From Laetmonice hystrix (lineage: Eukaryota): a stretch of DNA of 64,000 nucleotides. Position 1 is the first letter of the stretch, and each line of letters begins with the position of its first letter. A model generated the notes under the pieces. The model did not search any database. It was given only the letters and a program-made list of their open reading frames with translations, and was not told where the DNA came from. The stretch lies in NCBI GenBank assembly GCA_965235115.1, contig OZ249452.1:1984001-2048000 (forward strand), given 5' to 3'. Shown here one piece after another: positions 12,941-25,153 of this stretch. A program made the translations under genes and the position numbers.

Positions 12941-13972
12941 ATCAGTGAGACTGTGGATGGGAGGGGCTCATGATGTCCTATCAGTGGGACTGTGGATGGG
13001 AGGGGCTCATGATGTCCTATCAGTGGGACTGTGGATGGGAGGGGCTCATGATGTCCTGCTATCAGTGTGACTGTGGATAGGAGGGGCTCATGATGTCCTG
13101 CTATCAGTGGGACTGTGGATGGGAGGGGCTCATGATGTCCTGCTATCAGTGTGACTGTGGATAGGAGGGGCTCATGATGTCCTGCTATCAGTGTGACTGT
13201 GGATAGGAGGGGCTCGTGATGTCCTGCTATCAGTGTGACTGTGGATAGGAGGGGCTCGTGATGTCCTGCTATCAGTGTGACTGTGGATAGGAGGGGCTCA
13301 TGATGTCCTGCTATCAGTGGGACTGTGGATGGGAGGGGCTCGTGATGTCCTGCTATCAGTGTGACTGTGGATAGGAGGGGCTCATCATGACCTGCTATCA
13401 GTGTGACTGTGGATGGAAGGGGCTCATGATGTCCTATCAGTGTGACTGTGGATGGGAGGGGCTCATGATGTCCTATCAGTGTGACTGTGGATGGAAGGGG
13501 CTCATGATGTCCTGCTATCAGTGTGACTGTGGATGGAAGGGGCTCATGATGTCCTGCTATCAGTGTGACTGTGGATGGGAGGGGCTCATGATGTCCTGCT
13601 ATCAGTGTGACTGTGGATGGGAGGGGCTCATGATGTCCTGCTATCAGTGTGACTGTGGATGGGAGGGGCTCATGATGTCCTGCTATCAGTGTGACTGTGG
13701 ATGGGAGGGGCTCATGATGTCCTGCTATCAGTGTGACTGTGGATGGGAGGGGCTCATGATGTCCTGCTATCAGTGTGACTGTGGATGGGAGGGGCTCATG
13801 ATGTCCTGCTATCAGTGGGACTGTGGATGGGAGGGGCTCATGATGTCCTGCTATCAGTGTGACTGTGGATGGAAGGGGCTCATGATGTCCTGCTATCAGT
13901 GTGACTGTGGATGGAAGGGGCTCATGATGTCCTGCTATCAGTGTGACTGTGGATGGAAGGGGCTCATGATGT
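12941..13972. repeat. Minisatellite, 42-bp unit (39-bp variant), about 25 copies
   Basis: Unit TGATGTCCTGCTATCAGTGTGACTGTGGATGGGAGGGGCTCA; the 39-bp variant lacks 3 nt. Confidence 0.97.
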
Positions 13973-14483
13973 ATGAGCACACGCATAGATCTATGAACGC
14001 ACGCATAGATCTATGAACGCACACATAGATCTATGAACGCACGCATAGATCTATGATCTCACGCATAGATCTATGAGCACACATAGATCTATGAGCACAC
14101 GTATAGATCTATGAACACACACATAGATCTATGAACGCACGCATAGATCTATGAACGCACACATAGATCTATGAACGCACACATAGATCTATGAGCACAC
14201 GTATAGATCTATGAACACACACATAGATCTATGAACGCACGCATAGATCTATGAACGCACGCATAGATCTATGAGCACACGTATAGATCTATGAACACAC
14301 GCATAGATCTATGAACGCACGCATAGATCTATGAACGCACGCATAGATCTATGAGCACACGTATAGATCTATGAGCGCACGCATAGATCTATGAACACAC
14401 ACATAGATCTATGAACGCACGCATAGATCTATGAACGCACACATAGATCTATGAACGCACACATAGATCTATAAGCACACGCA
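13973..14483. repeat. Minisatellite, 20-bp unit, about 25 copies, abutting the 42-bp array
   Basis: Unit ATGAACGCACGCATAGATCT with variants, centred on the TAGATCTA palindrome. Confidence 0.96.
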
Positions 14484-17026
14484 GATGTTCGAATTATTGT
14501 ACCCCCCTCCCCCCCACACCCACACACACACCCATGGCTGCCTGATATCGCCTTGTAATCCCGACTGTTTTTCCTCCATATAAAAAGTTGAGGTGTATGG
14601 AGAAGTTTGGAGTGTGGCTGTCACCCGTGTGGTCTGCTGACGGTTGACATTGAGACAAGAGACGTGAGATTTCAACACGTCGGTCGGGTACAGCAGGCGG
14701 TCCTATTGTGATCAGATTAGTCGGGTGACCGCTGTCGCTCGAGCTACCAGAACCCACGGCCACCGTAACGTAATTACACCCCAAACACTCGTGCTGCACT
14801 TAAATCTCGAATATTCATTAAAGTGTTGATATATCAATCTAATTGCAGCGTTCCGCAGAACGAAAGCTACAAGTAGCCCGATCTTTACGGCCGATTGTCA
14901 TTGTGCAGTGGGCGCGTTGACGAAATGTCCACGCTTTCTTTCCGTCGAGAGTTACGCCAACTTGGCCCTAGCAGACGAACAATGACTTGGGATGGGTCTT
15001 ATGGAAGCGGTTAAAATTACAGCCAGATGTACGGTTCTGGGCCCTCGTCGCGATCATCGGCAGGACAATGGTAATTTATATAGGCGAGTCGCAAACGGCA
15101 AAGCTGGGGGCGACGTGCGCTGGACGCCTGGGAGTGGAATGTTTGAGTTACATCTTCAGAACGTCCTCCCCCTGGCGGGAAGGGCGGTGAGCGATAGAGA
15201 ACGGTCGGCGTGTCATCCCGCTCCGGTCCCGCCCGCTCCTATTATCCGGCACGGACAGGGGGACCTGCCGGAACGGTTGCCTCCAGTCAAACTGTGTTTA
15301 CCAGCAAACAGCGGTCGTGAGGACACGCAGATTACAAACAATATACAATCAGCTTACAATGCCTCCCACAAACGTCACACAACTAACACTACCACGCGTC
15401 CCCTACGACAGACTCGCCCGCCGGCCAAAGCCACCATTGTTCATTTTCAAATTTTTCATCTTCTCGCAATATTTATATTTGGCAGATTCAAAAACGAGCG
15501 CGCGTGCAGAAACCCCGATTGTTTGGCGCCAAGATGGGTCATGTTTCATTGAAAACAGTTAATCTGACAGCCAGAAATCTGACATCCTTGCCATAACAAT
15601 GTGGTATTTATGTTCCGACGACAAATTTATATGGACTAATCCTTTTAATACTTTATAAATATTTGAATATTCATTTAACAAACTATGTACGTGCAATGTT
15701 TATAGCGATTACACCTACCCCTTACCTTATCAATCTTGTAATATATAAGTAACATTCCATATATACCCACCGCCACATCCCATTTCATGATCTTTTGTAA
15801 TAAATTCCTCTTCTGTATCTGCCAAAATCACACTGTATAAATTACGAAATGGAAGGAATGTTCAATGAAACCTTTTATATGTGATGACATATGACAGAGC
15901 CTACAGTGCTGCTGTTCGTATGAAGAGACGAGAGATGCGGGTCGCCCTCGTTAGTAACTTGTCGACCTCTTTACTAGAAGGACCAGCAGGAATCGTTAAC
16001 AATCCGACCACCCCGCACTGCGCTCGGCGGTCAGTGTTTTCTGTTGCTGTTTTCTCCCTGCCATCCTGACATAGATTCCCGCCAAATCATTGTAACATTA
16101 CCATCATTAAGCAAAACGTGTCGGTACGAAGCTATAATTGATTTGTGTGGCGGGTCCGCCCAGACCTTCTGTTCAACTGGGCCGCGCTGGCTTCGACATT
16201 CTCGGCTTTAATTAAAGCATTTATCAGCGTCAGACTAGGCAGCCTATAATCAGCAACGGAGACAGGAGGTGCAGCGTCCCGGCTATGTCCTTTTTGTGTC
16301 CTATAGTTGCATCTGCCAGTCACAGCAGCTTCTCTTGGCTGTCGTGCTGCAAATTGGCGTTGGGGTCAGACGGAAGAGGGGTGGGGGTGGCATGGAGGGG
16401 GAAAGATAGAAAAGGGGGTGGGAGTCACCCGTATGTGCCTACACCCCCAAACGGGCCAAGTATGTATGGTATACATGCATTCATTCAGACTTTGACGAGG
16501 TTTCATCGCGATCAAGGATCGCCTACACCGGATGCTAGTCCGTTAACATGGTGTAGGTCGACCTATGCTCCCCCTATTATCACCCACGGCTAGCACCAAC
16601 AGCCAAGCCCGAGTATTTTAACACGTTGATGGTTGCAAAGCGACAAAGCGCCCTTAGTATGTCTCCGGGGGGTTCAATGGGGCGGGGGTTTAAATCTTGG
16701 CCGGGGCTGACCCCCTGGTTGGTTGGCTGTGTGTCACACCCCAGGTATCTCTATCCTCCCACCGTCATACCCCATTACAGCCCACGACACACCGTGCTAC
16801 CCAATTAGCGACCCCCGTAGCAGCCGTGCTCGCTACAGCCATCATTGGCCAACCATATGGTTCGAAGTTTTCGGCCGCTTTAAAAAACTTTTCGATTCAC
16901 TGCTACAACTGGATGGAGATTTTATGAATACTCAGGGAAGCGAAGGCGTGAGGGCGGGCAAGTGATTCGTGGCGTGAAAAACTCGCAGGAAACAAGGGTC
17001 ACATACAGCGTTGTTTACTTTGACAA

Positions 17027-17292
17027 TTAGCAGAGACTCCAAGTGGAAATGATCAGTTTGTATAAAGCAGGGATAGGGAGGATAGCTTTATACTGATAGC
17101 GTGTGAAAACAAGATTAGCAGAGACTCCAAGGGGAAATGATCAGTTTGTATAAAGCAGGGATAGGGAGCATAGTATTAATACTGATAGCGTGTGAAAACA
17201 AGATTAGCAGAGACTCCAAGGGGAAATGATCAGTTTGTATAAAGCAGGGATAGGGAGCATAGTATTAATACTGATAGCGTGTGAAAACAAGA
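17027..17292. repeat. 88-bp tandem triplication
   Basis: TTAGCAGAGACTCCAAG...GTGTGAAAACAAGA starting at 17027, 17115 and 17203. Confidence 0.95.
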
Positions 17293-17759
17293 TTGTTTGC
17301 AATCTTTCGGTTTTATTGACACATATCAGGACTCAAACTGATATATAGTATATATTATATATTACGTAATTACTTTGGCCTACATGCATTACGAATCATC
17401 TTCATGAAGACAATGATAAAAATATGTAAAAATATGAAATAAACAAAAATATGATGTAATTATATTAGGAGATGTACATTGACCAAAACGTTTTATGGCA
17501 GGTCACCAAGAGGTGCATGCGGGGAGTACGGGAGCTTTGTTGAAATGTATTTATTGACTCTTAACTATTTGTTATAGGTAATTATTTAAAGCATTTACGG
17601 CTTTCAGCAGCGACTGCCATCTGAAGAGGTTCTTTGTCATAATCTTCCCTTATTTATACTCCAATTTCTTAATTCAATGCATAGTAAAGTGAGTTTTATG
17701 AGACACTCCCCGAGTGGTATAGATGCAGTGTTATATCCAGCTGGTGTTCCATCTGTTTA

Positions 17760-18130
17760 CCCCCCCCCCCTGGCGGACCACAGCCTCATCACCCTACCCC
17801 CCCGGCGGACCACAGCCTCATCACCCTACCCCCCCCCCCCGGCGGACCACAGCCTCATCACCCTACCCCCCCCCCCCCCGGCGGACCACAGCCTCATCAC
17901 CCTACCCCCCCCCCCCGGCGGACCACAGCCTCATCACCCTACCCCCCCGGCGGACCACAGCCTCATCACCCTACCCCCCCCCCCCGGCGGACCACAGCCT
18001 CATCACCCTACCCCCCCCCCCCCGGCGGACCACAGCCTCATCACCCTACCCCCCCCCCCCCGGCGGACCACAGCCTCATCACCCTACCCCCCGGCGGACC
18101 ACAGCCTCATCACCCTACCCCCTCCTCCCC
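17760..18130. repeat. Minisatellite, 26-bp core plus variable poly-C tract, 10 copies
   Basis: GGCGGACCACAGCCTCATCACCCTAC followed by C-runs of differing length. Confidence 0.95.
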
Positions 18131-18683
18131 CTCACCATCACACCTGTCAGGTGTATTTGCCCTTGTCGCTCTCTGTACACCAAGAACACAATGTTTCTAC
18201 GCAGCCTTTTCACGGCTCGCGTACGGTGTAAACACTCGCCAAGTGTTCTTCAAGTGTCATTGGTCGAGACTCGGCCGGTAGAGGCACGTAAACAACCAAC
18301 TCACAAGGAAAGGTTACAACTTGATAGCTCAAGTCTGCTCAGCCTGTCCGCGCGGAGTTAAAGTTTCTAATCTAAGAACTTGTGTACTAAAGTGAGCGAC
18401 CAAAGAGGCTAAGCCTAACATTCATTACTGCTCACTTGGTGACGTCACAGCACCTTGTTGTCTGAGATAGATTCCGACGTCACAACACTGTCCATGAACG
18501 GAACAATTTCGTGAAACGTTTGTCGAACTTTTATTGCTAACTGCGCAAGAGCCGGGCCCAAGTCACGACTAACCTATAGGTTATAGGTATAGGTCCCCCC
18601 GTATAGGTCCAATAGGTTTAGAGGAACCCAAACAGTAACACGGTGTAAAATACACGTACGCTGCCACAGCCCCCACCCCCCAC

Positions 18684-19651
18684 CAAGTGGTCACCTTCAT
18701 GGGGAACGGACAGGAAACAGTTCTCATACAAGTGATCACCTTCATGGGGAACGGACAGGAAACAATTCTCATACAAGTGGTTACCTTCATGAGGAACGGA
18801 CAGGAAACAATTCTCATACAAGTGGTCACCTTCATGGGGAACGGACAGGAAACAATTCTCATACAAGTGGTCACCTTCATGAGGAACGGACAGGAAACAA
18901 TTCTCATACAAGTGGTCACCTTCATGAGGAACGGACAGGAAACAATTCTCATACAAGTGGTCACCTTCATGAGAAAACGGACAGGAAACAATTCTCATAC
19001 AAGTGGTCACCTTCATGGGGAACGGACAGTAAACAATTCTCATACAAGTGGTCACCTTCATGGGGAACGGACAGGAAACAATTCTCATACAAGTGGTCAC
19101 CTTCATGAGGAACGGACAGGAAACAATTCTCATACAAGTGGTCACCTTCATGGGGAACGGACAGGAAACAATTCTCATACAAGTGGTCACCTTCATGAGG
19201 AACGGACAGGAAACAATTCTCATACAAGTGGTCACCTTCATGGGGAACGGACAGTAAACAATTCTCATACAAGTGGTCACCTTCATGAGGAACGGACAGG
19301 AAACAATTCTCATACAAGTGATCACCTTCATGGGGAACGGACAGGAAACAATTCTCATACAAGTGGTCACCTTCATGAGGAACGGACAGGAAACAATTCT
19401 CATACAAGTGGTCACCTTCATGGGGAACGGACAGGAAACAATTCTCATACAAGTGGTCACCTTCATGAGGAACGGACAGGAAACAATTCTCATACAAGTG
19501 GTCACCTTCATGGGGAACGGACAGGAAACAATTCTCATACAAGTGGTCACCTTCATGAGGAACGGACAGGAAACAATTCTCATACAAGTGGTCACCTTCA
19601 TGAGGAACGGACAGGAAACAATCATACAAGTGGTCACCTTCATGAAGAACA
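18684..19651. repeat. Minisatellite, 45-bp unit, about 21 copies
   Basis: Unit CAAGTGGTCACCTTCATG(G/A)GGAACGGACAGGAAACAATTCTCATA. Confidence 0.97.
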
Positions 19652-19829
19652 AGTTACTTTTTCTAAGTAGTTTGGAAGCAAACCGACTCTCCCAAGACAT
19701 AAATTTATAGTATTCTGTACTACAATCTGGAGTGATTCCAGAATGTGGAGATGTACACAGAGCTGAAATCAAAGACGTTATCTAGTATCTCCACAGTCTT
19801 TTACAAGATATGGCAAATATTGTAATAGG

Positions 19830-20060
19830 GGTCCATCTATAAATACCGACATCACCGAACTTGCACAAGACATTAGTGAACTCAATCTAAATACCGAATC
19901 ACCTCTATCGATACCGAAAACCAAAGATAATTTTGGCATGTAGATTGGATTCGGCTAATTTCTTTAGATGATTTCGGTATATACTGATTTTGGTATTTCG
20001 CTTAGTGATTTCGGTATTTTTCAAAAAGTGATTCTGGTGATTTCGGGGTTTAGTGGGACC
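19830..20060. mobile_element. Degraded MITE-like / foldback non-autonomous DNA element
   Basis: Left end GGTCCATCTATAAATACCGACATCACCGAA resembles the reverse complement of the right end (GGTCCCACTAAACCCCGAAATCACCAGAA). The internal motif ATACCGA(A)ATCAC occurs about 3 times forward in the left half and about 4 times inverted (TGATTTCGGTAT) in the right half. No ORF and no clear TSD. Confidence 0.55.
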
Positions 20061-21394
20061 GTTGAATAGCCATACATAACATGCCATATGTATATGACTT
20101 ACTTTATGCTTCATGTTGTATATTTAATTTATATATAAATACATAGGGTTGTTCTCGTATGTGCATACATGTTTTGCTATGTTCGCTTATTATTGTCTAA
20201 TATATGTGGATGAACCTGGATGCTCAGTATCGCGATCTATTTGATGGGAATAATGTCTGACTCACTGAGTGGGCGAGTAAACGAAGTGAGTACAAATCAA
20301 CAGTAACCGTGGCTCCTCTACTGATGACATAATTAAACCGTCATTAAAACACCTGCTAGTTAAGGTAGAGTAGGTGATGAGATATGTGATTAGGTATATA
20401 TCTTGTTATGTGTCAATGCTCCAGCCCCAGCCATGCAGCACGTGGGCTATAATAGCACTATGACGTAATCTTCATGACGTAGTACATCCTTCCAGGACAC
20501 ATTAGCGAAGACAAAGCCAGGTATTTAAGGTTTTCCCGGTCATTGACGGGAAACCAGGTTCCTGTCATGACCGATCTAATAGCACCGTCTTGCGATGGTC
20601 TGTGCAAGGCGGTGAAAGCTTCTACTAATTACCTTTAAATATTTGACCTCTGAACCCCACAGAGAGGTACTCTGGGTAATGTATTGCAGGCCATAGTGAA
20701 CGAAATGATTAGATTATGCAGACGGTAGATTTACGGGGTGTAATGTAAAGCAGCACTGTTGATGACACTGATACTTGCGTGTGTAAATCTATAGGAGATA
20801 AAATATCACACGCTGATTTAATTGGGAAGAAATGAGTAGAGCTTTCGTCACTAGGCGGCTGGTTGCTACACTAAAGACAATCTATATTATCCCTGGTTAT
20901 TATGGGTGTAATATATAAAAGCGTTACAGTGCCTTACAGGTTTTGTCAAGATAATTCATCCTCATAACAATCGTTTACATAAGAGCTCTGACACACGCTT
21001 AACCTCAGATATACATAGCCTAATTACTGTCTTACGTCAGTGAACAGTATCGCTAGAAGTATGCTGCAGAGTTGAAGCCTAGTTAGGAGGCCGCAGTTTA
21101 ATTGAATGTTCTAAATGTAAATGAGGTATTTTCCTCTGGGCTAAACTGGACTTTGTTACTGGATACTGTGGTGTGAAGATGTATTACGTCATTATTGTTC
21201 AAGGTATCTCGGTGGCCGGTCACTGAGTGCATTAGTCGACTTAACTTAATTCACCGTCCCTCACGGTTTCCCGATGTGAGAGCCCTCGGAACCTCTTCAA
21301 CTTTTCAGATACACTTGTCTCTCTTTGAGACTTTCACTTACAGATATATCGGTACACATTAAAGAATAACAACAACTATTCGTCCGGTCTCAGG

Positions 21395-21431
<37 letters not shown>

Positions 21432-21444
21432 ACAACTTGTTGTT
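21395..21444. repeat. (CAA)n microsatellite followed by a short inverted TTGTTGTT
   Basis: About 14 CAA/CAT triplets, then TTGTTGTT, able to form a local hairpin. Confidence 0.9.
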
Positions 21445-22825
21445 TAGAGTGGACAGAGGTACAATTAAACAATTGCATTTCGCCTTTTTTGTTAAGATGT
21501 TTTTCGTTCAGTTTCAACAGATAAAGCCTGATCAAATAACCGTTTAGTGCTTATTAAAATGTGCTTGGATTATGAAAAATAGGGATTAGTGAATCATTTT
21601 AAATAGACAATGGTAAAAGAGGTTAGCAGAAAGTGTGCAGGATTGTGAGGTATACGGATTAATGAAGCACGGATTAACGAGGTCTAGCCTTACATAAAAG
21701 GCCTAGGGAAAGAAGCACTATAGAATACACAATCTTTGGATGCTATCCTCATTTAGACGATGCCACTTAGGGAGAGATCCTAAAGATTTTCAATCTTTAA
21801 TGGAGAAAAATCAAATCGATTGAAACCAATGGCGACTATCTGTACGTTCACAGATTGGCTAGCAGGACACCGTCTTAAGGTGATGAATCGTATTTGGCAC
21901 GAGGTGTTCGGTTTCGGCGCCAATGGAGCACTGACCGTAACGGTAATCAGGACTTCATCCCGACCTCTCCTAGCCTCACCACTGCAAACCCATTGCCATC
22001 CACTTACCCCCGCTCCACGCATCGCCCATCTGGGGGCAACTCCATTTACCCCCATCTCCCAATATGATTTTATAGAAGAACCTGAGCATGGCCCGTCCAT
22101 CATCTCACCAAGCGAAAGCTATTTGTTGGATTGGACATGCTCTTACACTCGCCTGACCAACTTACAACCGTTAATACCAGTTGATACTCTCCCAAATCGT
22201 GTAAGAAGGTCCATTCAGACTGCGCGCGCTGGCCGGGCGCGTCACTTCACGTATTAATACGACTCAACAGTCCCCACTGAAAGCGGAATCTCGGCATTGA
22301 GTGCCCTTCTGACAACTGACACTTAAGAGGATTCGGCTGGATTACTGTGATCTGATTAAGTGCCGGCAGGTCGGTATGGACCACGTGGTAGTGGGCGATA
22401 AATGGGTGATCAGAGCCCCCAATACACATGGGGTCAGGACGGGTGAGCTGGCACTGTTTATTGACATACTGGAGATGTCTGTAAAACTGCCAGGGGTTCT
22501 ACCATTGAGGGAAGGTAAACCGCAGCTCGAGCTAGTCTACATGGCTCCTCACTCAGGACTTGCTCGGGTAATTCAAACCTAGGCTCTGGTTTGTTGACGG
22601 TCTGGTTTCAAAGTTTGTGTACGTGTGTGTATGTGTTCTGAAAATACGTAACATTGTATATAGGACGTGCGTAATATTAAACGGCCTATAATGCAGCTTT
22701 ATGCTTGTACCCCCGCCAACGTATGCAGAACGTATACATATCAATCTTGTGTTTTCAAAATACAATGTAAATTATGCCTTTTAATTTAACAACCCAAGTT
22801 ATACCCCAGAGAAATTCCACGTGGT

Positions 22826-23317
22826 CCCCAATCAGACCAGCCTGTTCTAAGTCCGCCTCAATACCAACCATTATACGTCCTCAATCAGACCAGCCTGTTC
22901 TAAGTCCGCCTCAATACCAACCATTATACGTCCTCAATCAGACCAGCCTGTTCTAAGTCGGCCTCAATACCAACCATTATACGTCCCCAATCAGACCAGC
23001 GTGTTCTAAGTCTGCCTCAATACAAACCATTATACGTCCTCAATCAGACCAGCGTGTTCTAAGTCTGCCTCAATACCAACCATTATACGTCCTCAATCAG
23101 ACCAGCCTGTTCTAAGTCCGCCTCAATACCAACCATTATACGTCTTCAATCAGACCAGCCTGTTCTAAGTCCGCCTCAATACCAACCATTATACGTCCTC
23201 AATCAGACCAGCCTGTTCTAAGTCCGCCTAAATACCAACCATTATACGTCCTCAATCAGACCAGCCTGTTCTAAGTCGGCCTCAATACAAACCATTATAC
23301 GTCCTCAATCAGACCAG
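22826..23317. repeat. Minisatellite, 53-bp unit, about 9 copies
   Basis: Unit CCTCAATCAGACCAGCCTGTTCTAAGTCCGCCTCAATACCAACCATTATACGT. Confidence 0.97.
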
Positions 23318-24364
23318 TGACCTGTAGACGACATGGTGCGGGTAAAACTCGGTCCAATCTGTCCAGGGTCATTTATTGACCTGTAGACATGGTGCGGGTA
23401 AAACTCGGTCCAATCTGTCCAGGGTCATTTATTGACCTGTAGACGACATGGTGCGGGTAAAACTCGGTCCAATCTGTCCAGGGTCATTTATTGACCTGTA
23501 GACATGGTGGGGGTAAAACTCGGTCCAATCTGTCCAGGGTCATTTATTGACCTGTAGACGACATGGTGCGGGTAAAACTCGGTCCAATCTGTCCAGGGTC
23601 ATTTATTGACCTGTAGACGACATGGTGCGGGTAAAACTCGGTCCAATCTGTCCAGGGTCATTTATTGACCTGTAGACGACATGGTGTGGGTAAAACTCGG
23701 TCCAATCTGTCCAGGGTCATTTATTGACCTGTAGACGACATGGTGCGGGTAAAACTCGGTCCAATCTGTCCAGGGTCATTTATTGACCTGTAGACGACAT
23801 GGTGCGGGTAAAACTCGGTCCAATCTGTCCCGGGTCATTTATTGACCTGTAGACGACATGGTGCGGGTAAAACTCGGTCCAATCTGTCCCGGGTCATTTA
23901 TTGACCTGTAGACATGGTGCGGGTAAAACTCGGTCCAATCTGTCCAGGGTCATTTATTGACCTGTAGACATGGTGCGGGTAAAACTCGGTCCAATCTGTC
24001 CAGGGTCATTTATTGACCTGTAGACGACATGGTGCGGGTAAAACTCGGTCCAATCTGTCCCGGGTCATTTATTGACCTGTAGACGACATGGTGCGGGTAA
24101 AAACTCGGTCCAATCTGTCCAGGGTCATTGACCTGTAGACGACATGGTGCGGGTAAAACTCGGTCCAATCTGTCCAGGGTCATTTATTGACCTGTAGACG
24201 ACATGGTGCGGGTAAAAACTCGGTCCAATCTGTCCAGGGTCATTGACCTGTAGACGACATGGTGCGGGTAAAACTCGGTCCAATCTGTCCAGGGTCATTT
24301 ATTGACCTGTAGACGACATGGTGCGGGTAAAACTCGGTCCAATCTGCCCAGAGTTATTTATTGA
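23318..24364. repeat. Minisatellite, 59-bp unit (56-bp variant), about 18 copies, abutting the 53-bp array
   Basis: Unit TGACCTGTAGACGACATGGTGCGGGTAAAACTCGGTCCAATCTGTCCAGGGTCATTTAT. Confidence 0.97.
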
Positions 24365-25153
24365 TCGATGTGTCGTCTCAAGTCATCACTGAACGCGCCC
24401 GCCCAGACTGACAGTCGCTGTGACCATGAATTTTAGCCACTTAAACCGGCCAACCATAAAGTTCATACATACCATCGCATCCATCAGATAGCCACATCCC
24501 TTAAAAGTACCGTATCCCATTTGAGCAAAGTGTTTTCAACGCTTATCTTCTCTTCCATTAGGTTTGCACTTCTTTCTTATTGTTTCTGAATGGGTAACAA
24601 AAACAAGTGTTTTTTTCTCCTGAAGATGTTATGCTCAAGTGGTTGAGAAGTGGCAGTCTGTGTCAGATTACTATCGCCACCATCCGCCGCCACGGAGAAA
24701 TGAACAGATTTCTTGTATTGTTTGGCGTCAATAGCAACAGTTTGGGCGCCATTGTTTGTCGCTGACGCCTGGCGCCTAGCCGCCGTGTCAATTTCCCGAG
24801 GTCATCAATAGATGGCACTCTCTCCAGGTATAAACTAAATTGAATTCGGTCGCTCATTACACAAATTGGAACAAATAGGCAGATATAAATCACGTTGCGC
24901 GTCTACATATTCTATCTATATGTAATGCCGGCAGCGTATAAAGTTCAGGGTACGTGTAGCACACATTTTGTGTCCCAGGAGCAGGCGAACTGTTCGGGAT
25001 ATTGCGGTGATTGGAGGTTTGCGTCCGGCTGGCGGTACAGAAGTCCATACGACAGATGGCCTGTTTCGATGTCAAGGTATTAACCATCCCGTTCGCTCGT
25101 TAATGGCAGTGTTGGGAGCATCTCAGCGACGGTTTGTAACAAAGGAAAACGGA

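Noticed and set aside
20533-20552. Hairpin TTCCCGGTCATTGACGGGAA as a possible Helitron 3' end
   Set aside because: No correctly placed CTRR|T terminus and no supporting element body.
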